Origin: Octopus vulgaris
Lineage: Eukaryota
Length of the DNA stretch: 64,000 bases
Reading direction: 5' to 3'
NCBI GenBank assembly: GCA_951406725.2
Contig: OX597816.1
Span: 162,502,001 to 162,566,000, forward strand
Part shown: positions 40,288 to 54,764 of the stretch, piece by piece
Position numbering within the stretch: position 1 is the first letter of the stretch
Layout: each line of letters starts with the position of its first letter
The notes under the pieces: model-generated
The model's database searches: none
What the model was told of the DNA's origin: nothing
What the model saw: the letters and a program-made list of their open reading frames with translations, nothing else
Translations under genes and position numbers: made by a program

Positions 40288-40895
40288 TATTCCGACTGCT
40301 AGCATTCCTCAATGTCGCACCAATCCACACTGCGAGATGGATTAGTCGATTTTGAAAATTAGGTGTGTTAGCTATGACCAATAAATAACATTTACTGTGA
40401 GGAGCCGAATGATAAAAATCTTCAGTCGGGAAGTGTCAAATTTTGCCACAGACAGTTGTCTTTCAGAAGTCGGAGACACGTGCTAAAATTAATTTCACTT
40501 CAAGACAGTTTGAAAGCATCACGTCATAAAAAAACAAGCTATCAAAAATATAAAGTGGAGACGAAATACGCGAAAAGAGAACAACTGTGTGTGTGTATAT
40601 ATATATATGTATATATACATACATACATATATATATATATATTAGTTCGTATTTGTTTTTTTTACATATATATGTGCGTGTGTATGCGTATGTTTGTGTG
40701 TGCATGTGTTTGTGTTAGTGTATACATCTATTTATGTATATATGTATATATATATATATATACATGCACACACACATACACGTATATACATATTAGTTCG
40801 TAGTAGTTATTTTTACATATATGTGAGCGTGTGTATGTGTGTGTACATGTGTGTTTGTGTGTGTGTACGTGTTTGTGTAGGCGTATACATGTATG

Positions 40896-41003
<108 letters not shown>

Positions 41004-41319
41004 CGGAATTTCAATATATCGAGTTCTGTAAATATTTGACATTGGTTTATCGAAAAACATGGCCAATACCTTTAAATAGAAACAATTTTTTTTTATTCTT
41101 TCGGTGTTTGGGTGTGGCATTATCCATTAGTAAAACACTTTTTGTAACAAGTCTCTGGTGTATACAAGACTGTTTTGAACTGGAGGCAACTTGATCTGAC
41201 ACACACGCGCACGCGCGCAACCACACGTACACGTGAATATATATACACATATATATATGTATATACACATTTATACACATACACATATCTAACATAAGAA
41301 TGGACAAAAGACCTTCTTG

Positions 41320-41621
41320 ACTCAGCAGTGTCTTCTTCTTCTTAATCTTCTTCTTCTCCTCCTCCTCCTCTTTCTTGTTGTTGTTGTTCTTCTTCCTCCT
41401 CCTCTTCTTCTTCTTCTACTTCTTGTCCTTCTTCTTCTTCTTGTCCTTCTTCCTCCTCATCTACGTCTTCTTCTTCTTCTTCTCCTTTTTCTTCTTCTTC
41501 TTCTTCTCCTCCTCCTTCTTCACCTTCTTCTTTCTCCCCTCCTTCATCCTCCTCCTCCTCTTCTTCTCCTTCTTCTTCTTCTCCTTCTTCTTCTTCTTTT
41601 TCTTCTCCTTCTTCTTTTTCC

Positions 41622-41665
<44 letters not shown>

Positions 41666-41680
41666 TTCTTTTTCTTCCAC
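41320..41680. repeat. (CTT/CCT)n polypyrimidine tract
   Basis: Direct inspection. Confidence 0.95.
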
Positions 41681-42598
41681 ATTACCTCTTTACTTCTTTC
41701 TTCTCTTTCTGTTCCTTTAAGCCTTCGGTATTGCTGTGGCATGGTGATGGTGCCGTTAGTGCTCGAACGCGCGCGCATGTGTTCTTCTATGTGTTCGTGT
41801 ATATGTATCAACGCATCTCTATGTCTCTGTATGTGCATGTACTTCTGATAGTATGCGTCCGTGTACGTGCGTATTTGTTTGCGTTTGTGTGCGTGTGTTT
41901 GGGCGTACGCACGTTTTCTAATCATATATGTGTTTTGCGATAAATTTTCTTTGGTGCTAAAAGCTTACCAAACAATAGCACCGCACTACATGCCTGCGGT
42001 GCTTGAATCTCAATCGCATCTCATTTTGTATTTTGAAGATCAAATGTGCTAACGTGTCACTAATGGAAACTGAATCTGCATCTCAATGTGCCCGAAGATA
42101 AAAATAAAAAAAGGGAAATAAAATACATAAGATAAAAAAAGATAAACAAATAAATAAAGAAGATAAAATACAATAAAAAAAAAGCAAAAATGTAGTTCCG
42201 AGTTTCAATTTCAAATTGAGAAAATAGCGACGAAGGAATATTACTAATGGATATAGGCAGGAAAATCGGTAAAACGGCAGGAGGTGGGTCGTTAGTATAA
42301 TTTGACTAATACAGAAATAGGTACAAATAAGACGAGAGAGGAATGAATAAGCGAAGCAGAATGAATGAAAGAAAAAAAAGAGAGAAGGAATGAGAGAAAG
42401 TGAGAGAGGAGAAGGAAGGAAATTTGAAGAAAAAGCCTGAGGTGTGTTTGACAAACATTGAAATACTCATTTGATTATTTCGATACTGGAAGTCCATTTT
42501 GTTATTTAACATATTTCAAAAGTCTGAAAAATATCGACAAATTGTTAAGTGTATAAAATTCTACTGTTACCGATAACTGCTGTGCATTATTGTGAACA

Positions 42599-42645
<47 letters not shown>

Positions 42646-42929
42646 AGAGGGAGAGAGACATATGCGGGTGTATTTATTATATTCATGTATATATATCCAT
42701 CTGTCGATATATATCGATATGTATCGAGTTATATATTTAAACTAGTCCACAGATGTTGTTTTGCGCTGGATAGTGGGTTGGTGAGTTCCCTGCTCGAAAT
42801 ATAAAGACATAGATAGCGTGTCGTATAGCCACCTAGAAACGACGTTTCTTGCGGACAGCCACATTATGTTGGCAAATAGACTCTATTTTAAAGTACTGTT
42901 ACTGAATGTCTCTCGTTGAGAGATTTGGA

Positions 42930-43033
<104 letters not shown>

Positions 43034-43057
43034 TAATAATAATTAATAAATAAATAA

Positions 43058-43125
<68 letters not shown>

Positions 43126-43229
43126 ATTTTTGTATATAGTAAATCCTAAAAAAACGAAGAATGAACACAAGGAGAAAAAACAACAACGCGAGGACGTGAT
43201 GCATACAAAGTATTAGCAGACGCTCAGGG

Positions 43230-43281
<52 letters not shown>

Positions 43282-43594
43282 ATGTATGTATGTAAGTATG
43301 TATGTATGTATGTATGTATGTATGTATAAAGGAGACAAATGGAATTTCAGTTCTAAATCGCATCTGTATTTTTATACCTAAGCCGCACCTAGAACCAATT
43401 CTGCGCCGGATCTACAGTTCAAATTGTATTTGGTACTTACATATATATTTATATCTGCAGAACTCTACTAGCACATGATAACTTATGGTTGTTCTACGTC
43501 TCACAATATATCACATTTGCCACGTGCTGATGAGACTAGATTCTAATGAATCCCATAACTAACATATATTGACCGTTAAATCCGCAAGTTTTTT

Positions 43595-43750
43595 CATTCT
43601 CTTTGTTTATTTCTCGTGTTCCTTTCGGTTGAAGAACGCAGGTAGGCTCGAAACGTAAAAGACTTTCTCCTCTTCCCAAGCGTCAAACTAATACACCTGC
43701 TGTTGTCTATACACTTGTCTTCGTCTTTTGTTTCTTCTGTAAATTTCTTA
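43595..43750 (+). mobile_element. PLE tail fragment related to 8095-8262, with degenerate hammerhead at 43621-43662
   Basis: cttt cggttgaaga..gtaggctcGAAAcgTAaaagac..agcgtcaaactaatac..cttcgtcttttg. Confidence 0.6.
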
Positions 43751-43760
43751 TATATATATA

Positions 43761-44167
43761 GGCGCAGCAGTGGCTGTGTGGTATGGTAAGTAGCTTGCTA
43801 ACCAACCACATGGTTCCGGGTTCAGTCCCACTGCGTGGCATCTTGGGCAAGTGTATTCTGCTATAGCCCCGGGCCGACCAATGCCTTGTGACTGGATTTG
43901 GTAGACGGAAACTGAAAGAAGCCCGTCCTATATATGTATATATATATATATGTGTGTGTGTGTTTGTGTGTGTGTGTGTTTGTCCCCCTAGCATTGCTTG
44001 ACAACCGATGCTGGTGAGTTTACGTCCCCGTTACTTAGCGGTTCGGCAAAAGAGACCGATAGAATAAGTACTGGGCTTACAAAGAATAAGTCCCGGGGTC
44101 GATTTGCTCGACTAAAGGCGGTGCTCCAGCATGGCCGCAGTCAAATGGCTGAAACAAGTAAAAGAGT
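43761..44167 (+). mobile_element. SINE family A, full length
   Basis: Matches 37248-37684. Confidence 0.9.
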
Positions 44168-44180
44168 CGAATACGAGTGT

Positions 44181-45412
44181 GTAAACAAAAAACAAATGTA
44201 TTAGTTTAACGCTCTTCGACAGAGAAAAACGCAGAAATAAACAGGGAGAAATAATAGAAAAAACGTTTAGTGGCTAGCGATCTATCATGGTGAATGCCGG
44301 ACAGAGGTGTCACACAGGAGAGCTAGGAAGAAGAGGAGATATTAAAGTAGTGGTTATACCAAAACGAAGGTGCGCGTGCATGTGTATGTGAGAGCGTCTA
44401 TGTGTGTGTTGAAGAGGGTTGATCATGACGTGTGCGTGTGTGCATGTGTAGGTGTGTGGATGATGGCGTGTGCGGGGTGGTGTGATGAAGTGTGGTTTGG
44501 CATGGTGGTGTGTGGTGGTGTGTGGTTTGGTGTGGTGAAATATGGTGTGGTGTGGTGGTGTTGTGGTGTGAGGAGGGCGAGAGTGAGGGAAGCAAGGATG
44601 GGGTCTAAGAGATGAGGTGGGTGGGATGGGATGTATAGAGATGGTGGGGTTGGAATGTGTAGTGTGGGTTGGAATGTGTAGTGTGGGGTAACGAGGGATG
44701 GGTGACGATGAAGGGAGAGGGTGGAAGGGAGAAGGTGGGTAGGAGTGAAGTGAGAAAGTAGGTGCCAGAGGAAGAGAGGAGACGTGGGTAGGAGGAAGTA
44801 GGTGTGAGAGGAAGAGAGGAGAGAGAGAAGGAGGGTTAGATGAAGAGGAGAGGAGATTTGAGGCCATGTGGCGCAAAGGAGCGAGAGAGAAGATTAATCC
44901 CTGCTCACGGCGAAGACGGGAGTCTGGATGGCCCAGTGCAAGGACAATCCGAACAGAGACAGGTGTTGTAAAGAGTGGCCGGTAGAGCAGTAATGGCGCG
45001 AGACCGGGGTATCGTTGCCGAGTCTGATGTCTCGGAGGTGTTACGCGAACCGGTCAGCTAATGGCATCCCGTTTGACCGATGTATAGAGAAGGACAGGGT
45101 GAGCAGGAGATGCAGTAGATTACGTTGCTATAAGTGCAGGTGGAGTCAGTGATATGATAGGATCGATGATGGGTGTCTGTGAGGAGGGTGGTGTTGGAGA
45201 GGTAAGGGCAAGTGCGGCAGCGTGGGGGGGGGGGCAGGAGAACGAGCCGGATTAGGAGGTTAGGTTAGGGAAGAAGCTGTGGACCAAGTGGTCTCGTAGA
45301 TTGTGGGCTCATTTGAAGGAGGGGAGGGGTCGGTAAGTGCGAAGTAGAGGGGTCGGACTGAAGTTGCCGGAAAGCTCGGAGAATGGTACGTTGGAGAACT
45401 AGGGTAGTGGGG
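44181..45412 (-). mobile_element. Decayed second PLE (3' fragment: linker, zinc motif, GIY-YIG, long low-complexity 3' UTR)
   Basis: Minus translation RAFRQLQSDPST..PRCRTCPY..TCTYSNVIYCISCSPCPSLYIGQTG..ADRFA*HLRDIR..PVSRH, with frameshifts. Confidence 0.85.
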
Positions 45413-45422
45413 TATATATATA

Positions 45423-45458
<36 letters not shown>

Positions 45459-46063
45459 TGTGTCTGTGTCTGTGTGTGTCTGTGCATTTGTCTTCGTGTC
45501 TGTATTTGTTACCCACCGCAGTTTCACAACTTTATTTAATCTCCTTCATGAAATTCTTCAAATTGATCATTTCATATATCTTAAACTTAAAATTCAAGAC
45601 ATATAATTTTTATTGCAATTCATTCAACTAACGAAATCTCGTCTCCAACAATTATTCGGACTCAAAAGCGACACGGTAAAACCTAATTCCCATAATGCAT
45701 TTCGTTCCGTTGGCCACCATTTTAGTGATATACACCACACAAGTAAAACGTTGATTAGCAGTTGATTAGTCACTAGACCCTATATGGTATATGGTGCGAC
45801 ATCCAGGATTTTCCCAAGGCGCAGCAGAAGTTAATTGCGATAATTAAACCTTGTTAGTGTCTCGACTCCTAGTTAGATTCATCCTGGCTTAATTATATAC
45901 ACACCAAGCATCAGAAACGTACGGGAAATTAGGAAGATGTAAAGATGGCGTGTCGTCGGAGTTTACCATGAGGAAATTAGTGTTCTTAGAAAAGTAAAAT
46001 GACGACCTCCGTCTTTTCTCATTCTACAACAACTGATCTTGACCTACTGCATTATCTAAAGTA

Positions 46064-46630
46064 TTGGGTTGTCCGGAGAGTTCGTGCCGATTTTTAAAGG
46101 AAAGAAAAAGGTCAATAAATACTTGCCATTACATTTTTAATCAACCAAATATGAACCATTTTGTTGCACAATGCCTCTCCATCTTTCCTTTAACTTGAAA
46201 ATACCCTCTTCCCAGAATTGAGGTGGTTTCATGGAAAAGAAGTCATCAAGGTATCTTTTTACGTCATCCAAGGAATTGAAATTTTTACCATTAAGACTAT
46301 TCTGCAGAGACCTGAATAAGTGGAAATCCGAAGGAGCAACATCGAGTGAATATGGAGGGGGGGGGTAACACATCCCAGCCAAGCTGCAGCAATTTTTGTC
46401 TGATTCCCAAAGCATCAAGTGCTGAAAATGAACTTTCTTATCTTCCATTTTAAAGGGTTACGGAATTAACACAGGTTATAGGAACATACATTTTCTTCCA
46501 CGAAAAGATAGCTTAAACTGTGCTCTAAATGGAGGTGTAGTAAAATCCTATTTTATGGACTCAACCCTGTTCTAAAATAAGTCGAAAGGTAAGTTACTAT
46601 AAATCAGCACGAACTTTCCGAACAACCCAA
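46064..46630 (-). mobile_element. Internally deleted mariner element
   Basis: ~30-bp TIRs ttgggttgtccggagagttcgtgccgattt / aaatcagcacgaactttccgaacaacccaa, TA TSD; N-terminus fused to PPYSLDVAPSDFHLFRSLQN. Confidence 0.92.
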
Positions 46631-46940
46631 TAGTTCCTGGGTTATTTGGTTATGACAATGCATTTGCAGACAATCAAGAACAAAAAATGTATACGATGAT
46701 GTTATATATATCACTTTCTCCAGAGTTTCAATGATGAAATGGAAAAGGAATTGATTTCAGACGAGAATTTGAACTCGGCGCGTGTACTTCTGCTCTAGTG
46801 AAATTAAAATATGAGTAACATATAACATTCCAGGAGATTATGGTAATCTGATCATCAAGAGCCAGTTCGGAAAAATCTTAATGTATCTCCGCGCGTTTAC
46901 TTAATCGACCTCACCTTGTGCCTTTCCTTGCATACGCCTG

Positions 46941-47026
<86 letters not shown>

Positions 47027-47379
47027 CCTATCTGTAGCAAAGATGGTGCGTGCGAGCGACGAAACCACTTTGAGCATGATCCTGTAAATCGTAAAAAGAG
47101 GGAGAGAGAGCACTTTGCTCTCATGTGTTTGTTTCCTCCCTGCCTGAGGTTACCGTGGTCTTTTCCGTAGGCTTTTCATTCCACAGATAAACCTAATCTT
47201 GTCTCTTACTTTTTAAAAATTACTTCTGTGAATCACGATCCCTTTTGATCGCTTTTTTTTCCGATCCCATTTTACATTTGTTCTCTTTTTTTCTTTTTTC
47301 TTTTTCATTTTCGAAAAGGAAAGCTCTACATTTCTATTTGTCCCCTCTGTGTTCAGCCCTGTGTGGCCAATAAAGAAAG

Positions 47380-47553
<174 letters not shown>

Positions 47554-49124
47554 CTAGCTGTCTGTCTGTGCGTGTGTGCGTATGTTTGCATCTGAAAGTT
47601 CAATTGTGTACTAAAGAACTATGTTTGGTACGTTTGTCATGATTCTAAAGGTAGTTATTGATAAACACACCTCTGTATTTATCTAAAGAGGTTGCATAAG
47701 AATAAAACCACTTAAATCGAAGCATATTCATTAAATCGTACGACTTTGCGTTTCTATTCAATCTGTTATGGCAGTAATACGTCTTATCACTAGAGGCAAA
47801 CACGCATACACACGCGTGCGCGAAGAAATATATAGGTTCGGATAGAAAGACTGAGAAAGGAGAGAGCTATACATTCAAACATAGCTAAGTGCTCAGAGAG
47901 AGAGAGGAGAGAGAGAGAGTGGGGTGAGGGAGAGGGGAGCGAGAGAAGGGAGAGATAGGGAGATAGATCGATATATAGAATGATAGACGGAAAGAGAGAG
48001 AAATAGAAATAGAGGAGGGAGAGAAGGGAGAGAGGGAAGAGAGAGACGGGAGATAGATCGATTGATAGAATGATAGAAGGAGAAGAGAGAGGAGCTTTAC
48101 AATGTCTCCTGTCAAATACGTCAGCGGTGCACGACAGGCGGCGGCACGACAGCTGTGCCAAAACGTCTCATATCCAATCGTGATACGATCATCCTACTTC
48201 CTGCCTCACACATCAGTAGTATTGAAGGCATACATATAAAATGAGATTTCTCTTTCTTTTTTAAGATAATGCTTGATTCCATGTCCAACCTGTACGGAAT
48301 ACATTTTACAAAAGTGTTAAGATCGCAAATCAACCACTGAAGCATTTCCCGCAAAAGTATATATAAATTTATGTGCGTGCGTATGTGTCCTCGTGAAGTA
48401 CATCTGCATATTCCAGTACTTCAAAATTGAGATTGTAGCTGTTGTAATTGTGTGAGTCATGCATATTTCTTACAGCTTACATGTTTTTCCTTCACGAACA
48501 ATTTTGTATCTCCTATTAGCAAATGAAACACCTGTAACGTTGAATAAATAGTACCAAAATTTATATATCTATATCTATATCTATATATAGAAACAGTTAC
48601 ATTAACAAAGGGGTGTGGGTTCGAGTCCCATGCGGATAGGAAGGCCTTTTTTTACTGTCGAGGGCTTATATGCCGCTTTATTAGACTAGCTGAAAGAATT
48701 TCGCCACTCTTTTGGAAGACGATATCGTGTAGTGAGCATTTTATGTGTAAGCGCTTTTGTTGTACAACTTTCCAAATTCACGTGTTTTCTTTAGTCATTG
48801 CACATTGAGTGCCATAAGCTTTAAGCTTAGGATCGTAAAATGCGGCATTGTATAAAAAAAACCAAGGTAGCTAAATGTTGCTTCAGTGTCTTAGGAAAAA
48901 ACGGACACACTTGTATGGGATTTGAATCCGGGGACAAGCAAGACGTATCTAGGAGAAAAATAGGAAAAATAGGAAAAGGAGACAAGCGCTCAAGATGTTA
49001 CTGAATCATTTATATCTTCGTATCTCCTACATATATATATATATGGAAATATGTATGTTTGTATGTATATATGTATGCATGTGTGTGTGTGTATATGTAT
49101 ATGACAGAAACATTAGCGCGCCGG

Positions 49125-49357
49125 GCGGCGAGCTGGCAGAAACGTTAGCACGCCGGGCGAAATGCTTAGCGGTATTTCGTCTGCGTTCACGTTGTGAGTT
49201 CAAATTCCGCCGAGGTCGACTTTGCCTTTCATCCTTTCGGGGTCGATAAATTAAGTACCAGTTACGCACTGGGGTCGATGTAATCGACTTAATACCTATG
49301 TCTGTCCTTGTCTGTCCCCTCTGTGTTTAGCCCCTTGTGGGTAATAAAGAAATAGGT
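49125..49357 (+). mobile_element. SINE family B
   Basis: Matches 38778-38990; followed by a family A remnant ~49374-49600. Confidence 0.88.
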
Positions 49358-49685
49358 AGTTCGTCTGTCTTTAGGGCGTAGGAGTGGCTGTCTGGTAAGT
49401 AGCTTGCTTACGAACCACACGTATGTCCATGTGTGCGTGCGTATAGATGTGCTTTTATGCATTTGTGTATCATTATTTGTGTTGTATTTGTGTTTTGTCC
49501 CACACCACCGCTTGTCACGGTGTTGGTGCGTTTACGTCCCCGTAACATAGCGGTTCGGTAAAAAAGGACGATAGAAAAACTGGCAGGCTTAAACATAAAT
49601 AATCTGTTTCTTTAATTCATATGAAGATTTCAGTTGGTATTTTTACCTGACTATTGACCTAGTCACAGCTAGATATTTGACAATA

Positions 49686-50076
49686 TCTTTATATATAAAA
49701 GTGAAGTCGTGTGTCTGTCTCCTACGATTTAGATTCCTAACTACTCCCACATTTTGAGGTGCAGTTTAACCAAAAGCGGGTATCTTATAGTCGCGATTCA
49801 TATCTAGCCCTTCTGGGTATTAGCGCGCGTCTACGATGAGTCTACGATTAAAAAAAAATTACCATCAATTTTTCCCATTTTTTTAATGCATTTTTGGCAT
49901 ATATAAGGGAAGTAACTCTCTAAAAATTTAGTATTAAATCTCAGAACGTAAAAAGCTACAGTAACACCCCCTTTGTGGTTAGCCATATTGAGATGGCTAT
50001 TATACTTTACATCTCTAAAAATGCTTATATAGTTATTTCCCTTACAAACCCGAGCAACGCCGGGCGATACTGCTAG
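49686..50076 (+). mobile_element. Non-autonomous Helitron
   Basis: A|TC start, subterminal hairpin cccg-a-gc-aac-gc-cggg, CTAG|T end. Confidence 0.85.
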
Positions 50077-50089
50077 TTTAATATAAAGA

Positions 50090-50305
50090 AGGCGGCAAGC
50101 TGGCAGAAACATTAGCACACCGGGCGAAATGCTTAACGGTCTTTCGTCTGTCTTTACGTTCCGAGTTCAAATTCCGCCGAAGTCGACTTTGACTTTCATC
50201 CTTTCGGGGTCGATAAATTAAGTACAAGTTATGTACTGGGGTCGATCTAATCGACTGACCACCTCCCCCAAAATTCCGGGCTTTGTGTCTAGAGGAGAAA
50301 AGAAT
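50090..50305 (+). mobile_element. SINE family B
   Basis: Matches 38778-38990. Confidence 0.85.
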
Positions 50306-50477
50306 ATTTACTACATTTTATTTAAATGTAGTATTTGGTGTGGCCTGAGTACATAATCCGAATTACTTAACAAACAGAATTGCGTCGAGACTTGTCAGAT
50401 CTTGTTGATGTTGTTGTCATTGTCGCGGTTTTCTTAGTTGTTTGTGTTCTTGTATTTGTAGCAATTATTGACGGCTT

Positions 50478-51525
50478 GTCTTCTTCTTCTTCTTCGTTTT
50501 CTTCTTCGTTTTCTTCTTCTTCTTCTTCTTCTTCTTCTTCTTCTTCTTCTTCTTCTTCTTCTTCTTCTTCTTCTTCTTCTTCTTCTTCTTTTACTTCTTC
50601 TTCTTTTCTTCTTCTTCTTCTTTTTCTTCTTCTTCTTCTTCTTCTTCTTCTTCTTCTTCTTCTTTTCTTTTCTTCTTCTTCTTCTTCTTTTTCTTTTCTT
50701 CTTCTTCTTCTTCTTTTTCTTCTTCTTCTTCTTTTTCTCCTTCTTCTTCTTCTTCTTCTTCTTCTTTTTCTTTTCTTCTTCTTCTTCTTCTTTTTCTTCT
50801 TCTTCTTCTTTTTCTCCTTCTTCTTCTTCTTCTTCTTCTTCTTCTTCTTCTTCTTCTTCTTCTTCTTCTTCTTCTTCTTCTTCTTCTTCTTCTTCTTCTT
50901 CTTCTACTACTAGTACTACTACTTCTTTTCCTTCTCTTCATCTTCTTCTTCTTCCTCCTCCTCCTCCTCATCATCATCATAAGCAGCAACAGCAGCAGCA
51001 CTAGCATTATCATTGCCATCCTCTCCCTTCCCCTCCTCTTCATTTAAGAATTTGTTTAAATGGGCAAAACAAAAACCAGTGGGGATAAGCAACTCATTGT
51101 AAAAGCAGACAAGTTTACATGGGGTGGGGTGAATATAATTATGATATCATCTCTAAATATAGAGACCAATACATATCACAATCATCATCATCATCATCAT
51201 CATCATCACCACCATCACCACCACCACAAACACCACCACCACCATCATCATCATCATCACCACCACCACCACCACTACCACCACCGCAATCCTCCTCCTC
51301 CTCATCATCACCACCACTACCACCACCACCACCACCACCACCACCATCATCATCATCATTATCATCATCTCAACTACCACCACCACAACCATCATCATCA
51401 TCATCCTCATCCCAACTACCACCACCACCACCACCACCACCATCATTATCATCATCATCATCATCCCAACTACCACCACCACCACTACCACCACCGCAAT
51501 CCTCCTCCTCATCATCATCATCCCA

Positions 51526-51560
<35 letters not shown>

Positions 51561-51690
51561 TATCATCATCTCAACTACCACCACCACCGCCATCATCATC
51601 ATCATCACCACCATCACCATCACCATCACCACCATCATCAACACCATCACCATCACCATCACCATCGTCATCATCATCATCATCACCAAA
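50478..51690. repeat. (CTT)n tract followed by (CAY)n tract with internal higher-order duplications
   Basis: Direct inspection; ccactaccaccaccgcaatcctcctcc occurs at ~51272 and ~51482. Confidence 0.9.
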
Positions 51691-52870
51691 ACTTAGAAAT
51701 AATCAATATAAATATAACTGAAGCCTTCCTTGTTAACGGGAAATAATATTCGAACCCATGATGGGAGCAGTCAAAATGTTTTCTGAATTCTTCGTCTATT
51801 CTAACTTAAAACACATTTTCTAAAGTACGGAGTAGAAACGTCTAATAATGCCAATAATAGTTTGGTCTTAAAACGGCATCAGCTACACACCTGCTCTTGG
51901 CATGATCAGTCATGCGCAACAGCGGGAATACTACTTTGCAGGCTTTAACTAAGTTTACGTTAGCGTTCAGCCTTCATTTCAACAGATTGCACTGGTTTTC
52001 TGTTTAAATCTTACAGAGTGTGAAATAGATTTTTACTAGACATGACATAATAATAGTCATTGAGGAAAGTGGCTTGGAAGTGATGTGGACAGGGTGAGAA
52101 GAGATCAGTTTGTTTGTTCATGAGTATCTTGAATAATGCTAGCTCCTTATCTCTCTGCCGTTTTTCTATCGACTTGCGAGTCGGCGGTACGGGAGAGTAG
52201 AATATGTCAATGGTACTTCGGCGGCAAGTCAAAATGTATCAGAACAGAGGAAAGAATCTCCAGTCTTAAGAACTAGATTAAATTCAATACCCAAAGACTG
52301 CCCTCTTCTATTGACGTTCCTATCAGCATTGTACATACAATAAGACCAGACTCGCTGAAGTAAGGCAATCGATCGCTTCTTCTGTTTCTCTCTCTTTTCC
52401 AAGAGATTCTTTGATTGACAGAACTAATTTAAACTGGAGCCTCTTGAAGCAAGAAAAATGACATTCGCTTAGATTGAAACGGATATATCATGAACGCTGT
52501 TTGCTTCACTTAAAGATTGGGAACTATAAAGAAAGAAAGTAGTCGAATATAAACAAATAGACAGGGCAGTGAACTCAGCGGCTTTACTTAAGTTCGGCTT
52601 GTTGTAAAGCTGTGTTCGACAATGTTGGTCAATACTGGTTCACAGGCTAAAATACGAGTTTACAATTTTCTAGAAAGACTGCCCCAGGCTTACTTTGTGC
52701 AATTAAACCTATTTGTCATATACTATAAGGTACTGCGTTTTAGCATTCGGCATTTGACTCCCGATAACAATATGATGATTATCTTCGGTTGAGTATGAAT
52801 TGGTAAATTATAGGTACTCGATGAAAAATCAGTGCTTTGTATATCCCTGTGGTAAATAAAAGAGATATTA

Positions 52871-52932
<62 letters not shown>

Positions 52933-52947
52933 GTTGTTGTTGTTGTT

Positions 52948-53460
52948 CAGCAGTCTTATTTTTATCACGTGCTTTCACTACCCTACCGAGTGCAGCTCTA
53001 TGTATCTTGGGTACGTGCTGTGGTTTGCGGTGATGCTCTTATTTTTACTGTATTGAAAGTGTTTTACATAGGATGTGTGCGGTGCTTGTTAGTCCTGGTG
53101 TTTTTTTTATGTATTTGTTTGAATATTTTTTTATCATACCTAAAACGCCTACTATGATAGGAATCGTTTCTGTTTTTAGACTCCACATTCGAGTTACCTC
53201 TATTTCCAGATCTTTGCATTTTGAAAGTTTCTCCATTTCTTTTAGAGAAACATTGTCATACAACCATTAGAAAGCATTTTTTAACTGATTATCTCTGACA
53301 CCTATATCTAGCTTACTGGCCCTAATTTCTCTATCTGTGTGTATTAACATATCCCAGAGTATAGTCCCTTTCTTATTTTCTGTGACATTTTCTGGCGTGT
53401 GCCTATCCCATTTTCTGGCGTGTGCCTGTCATAGATTCCAGTTTATATAGATCCCAACTC
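52948..53460 (-). mobile_element. R4/Dong-like RLE non-LTR 3' fragment inside (TAA)n
   Basis: HTPENVTEN..TILWD..HTDREI; KEMEKLSKCKDLEIEVTRMW..IPIIVGVLGMI; TAHILCKTL; (ATT)n on both sides. Confidence 0.8.
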
Positions 53461-53486
53461 TATTATTATTGTTATTATTATTATTA

Positions 53487-53535
<49 letters not shown>

Positions 53536-53557
53536 CATCATCATCATCATCATCATT

Positions 53558-53915
53558 ACTGAGTGAGAGAGCGGTACATGTCATCAAAGTGACACTGGGG
53601 TGAAATATACGAAGCCCAGTATACCCATCATGACTACCCGTCTCATAAGGGTACACCAAACACATGCATCACATTCATATGTGTGTGACATAGTGACCTC
53701 ATTTCAAGTGGGGCCCAGTTAGAATTTTCTCCAGGTCGAGTAGCCCATCCCTATCAAAAGGTCCCGGAATTAGAGTTGTTTAAGGATGTTGAACGAAACA
53801 CTCATGTTTCCAAAGGTGAATTATCTAGACCCCAAAGAATTCCTCTCAGCACATGGCTATGATGCTCCCCCACTACTTCTGCCCGTGATCAGAGATGCAC
53901 ATATCGTCAGCAACA
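53558..53915. repeat. Interspersed repeat embedded in (ATT/ATC)n; end shared with 37780-37848
   Basis: tgagtgagagagc..catcaaagtgac.ctggggt.aaatatacgaagcc present at both loci. Confidence 0.6.
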
Positions 53916-53916
53916 A

Positions 53917-53990
<74 letters not shown>

Positions 53991-54004
53991 CATCATTATT
54001 TTTA

Positions 54005-54090
<86 letters not shown>

Positions 54091-54764
54091 TTTATCTCAC
54101 GTTTTGTTGTAACTCTTGAAGTCTTGCAGGCGTTGCGGGTTTACTGCCTGCAGTACCATGCTATCTGTTCTTTGTAAATATTAAATAATGATTTTATTTT
54201 TTGTTTTAATAGTTACTTTAGAGCGTTAACAAAAAAAAAAACTGAAAAAGTACCGTTCTACACATATGAGCTGTTCCAAATAGGGTAGATTTTTTGAGCA
54301 CTCACACAACTATCTTATAGCTTTATGTTCCAATTAATAAGATAACGTGATCGGAATTGAGCTAACGCTGGCTATGAACATTCTTGATATTTCGGGAACT
54401 TTCCTATTGCTTTTGCGCAGTGATTTTTTCTTTCAAGGCATTTCAGCGTCTGTTATGAGGCATTTGCCTTTTTATGTCATCTACAAGGAATTGCAAGCAT
54501 TGAGCTGATGCTGTGATAAACCCAAATTTAACCCTAATTTATAATTCAGGCAAAGATATCTCCAACATCGGAATAGAGAGTGAAATTCTATGCGGAAAGT
54601 TCTTAAAGCAATTTCGCGATTATGGATATGAACCGAATGAACGAAATCAAAGAAATATATATATTTCACAGCTGCTTCGACTTGGCTAATGCCTCTTCAT
54701 TGTGAGTAACATTTGAGAGACGGAGATCGTATGGAAGCCTATCCCGGCTTGTCCTGGCGAACAG

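Noticed and set aside
43527-43560. CTGATGA followed by a hairpin
   Set aside because: No correctly placed GAAA or UH
48565-48952. Possible Helitron or SINE with opposed B-box-like motifs
   Set aside because: Termini and subterminal hairpin are not convincing
51060-51746. 228-aa histidine-rich ORF (metal-binding protein?)
   Set aside because: Degenerate (CAY)n repeat open in several frames; no supporting gene structure
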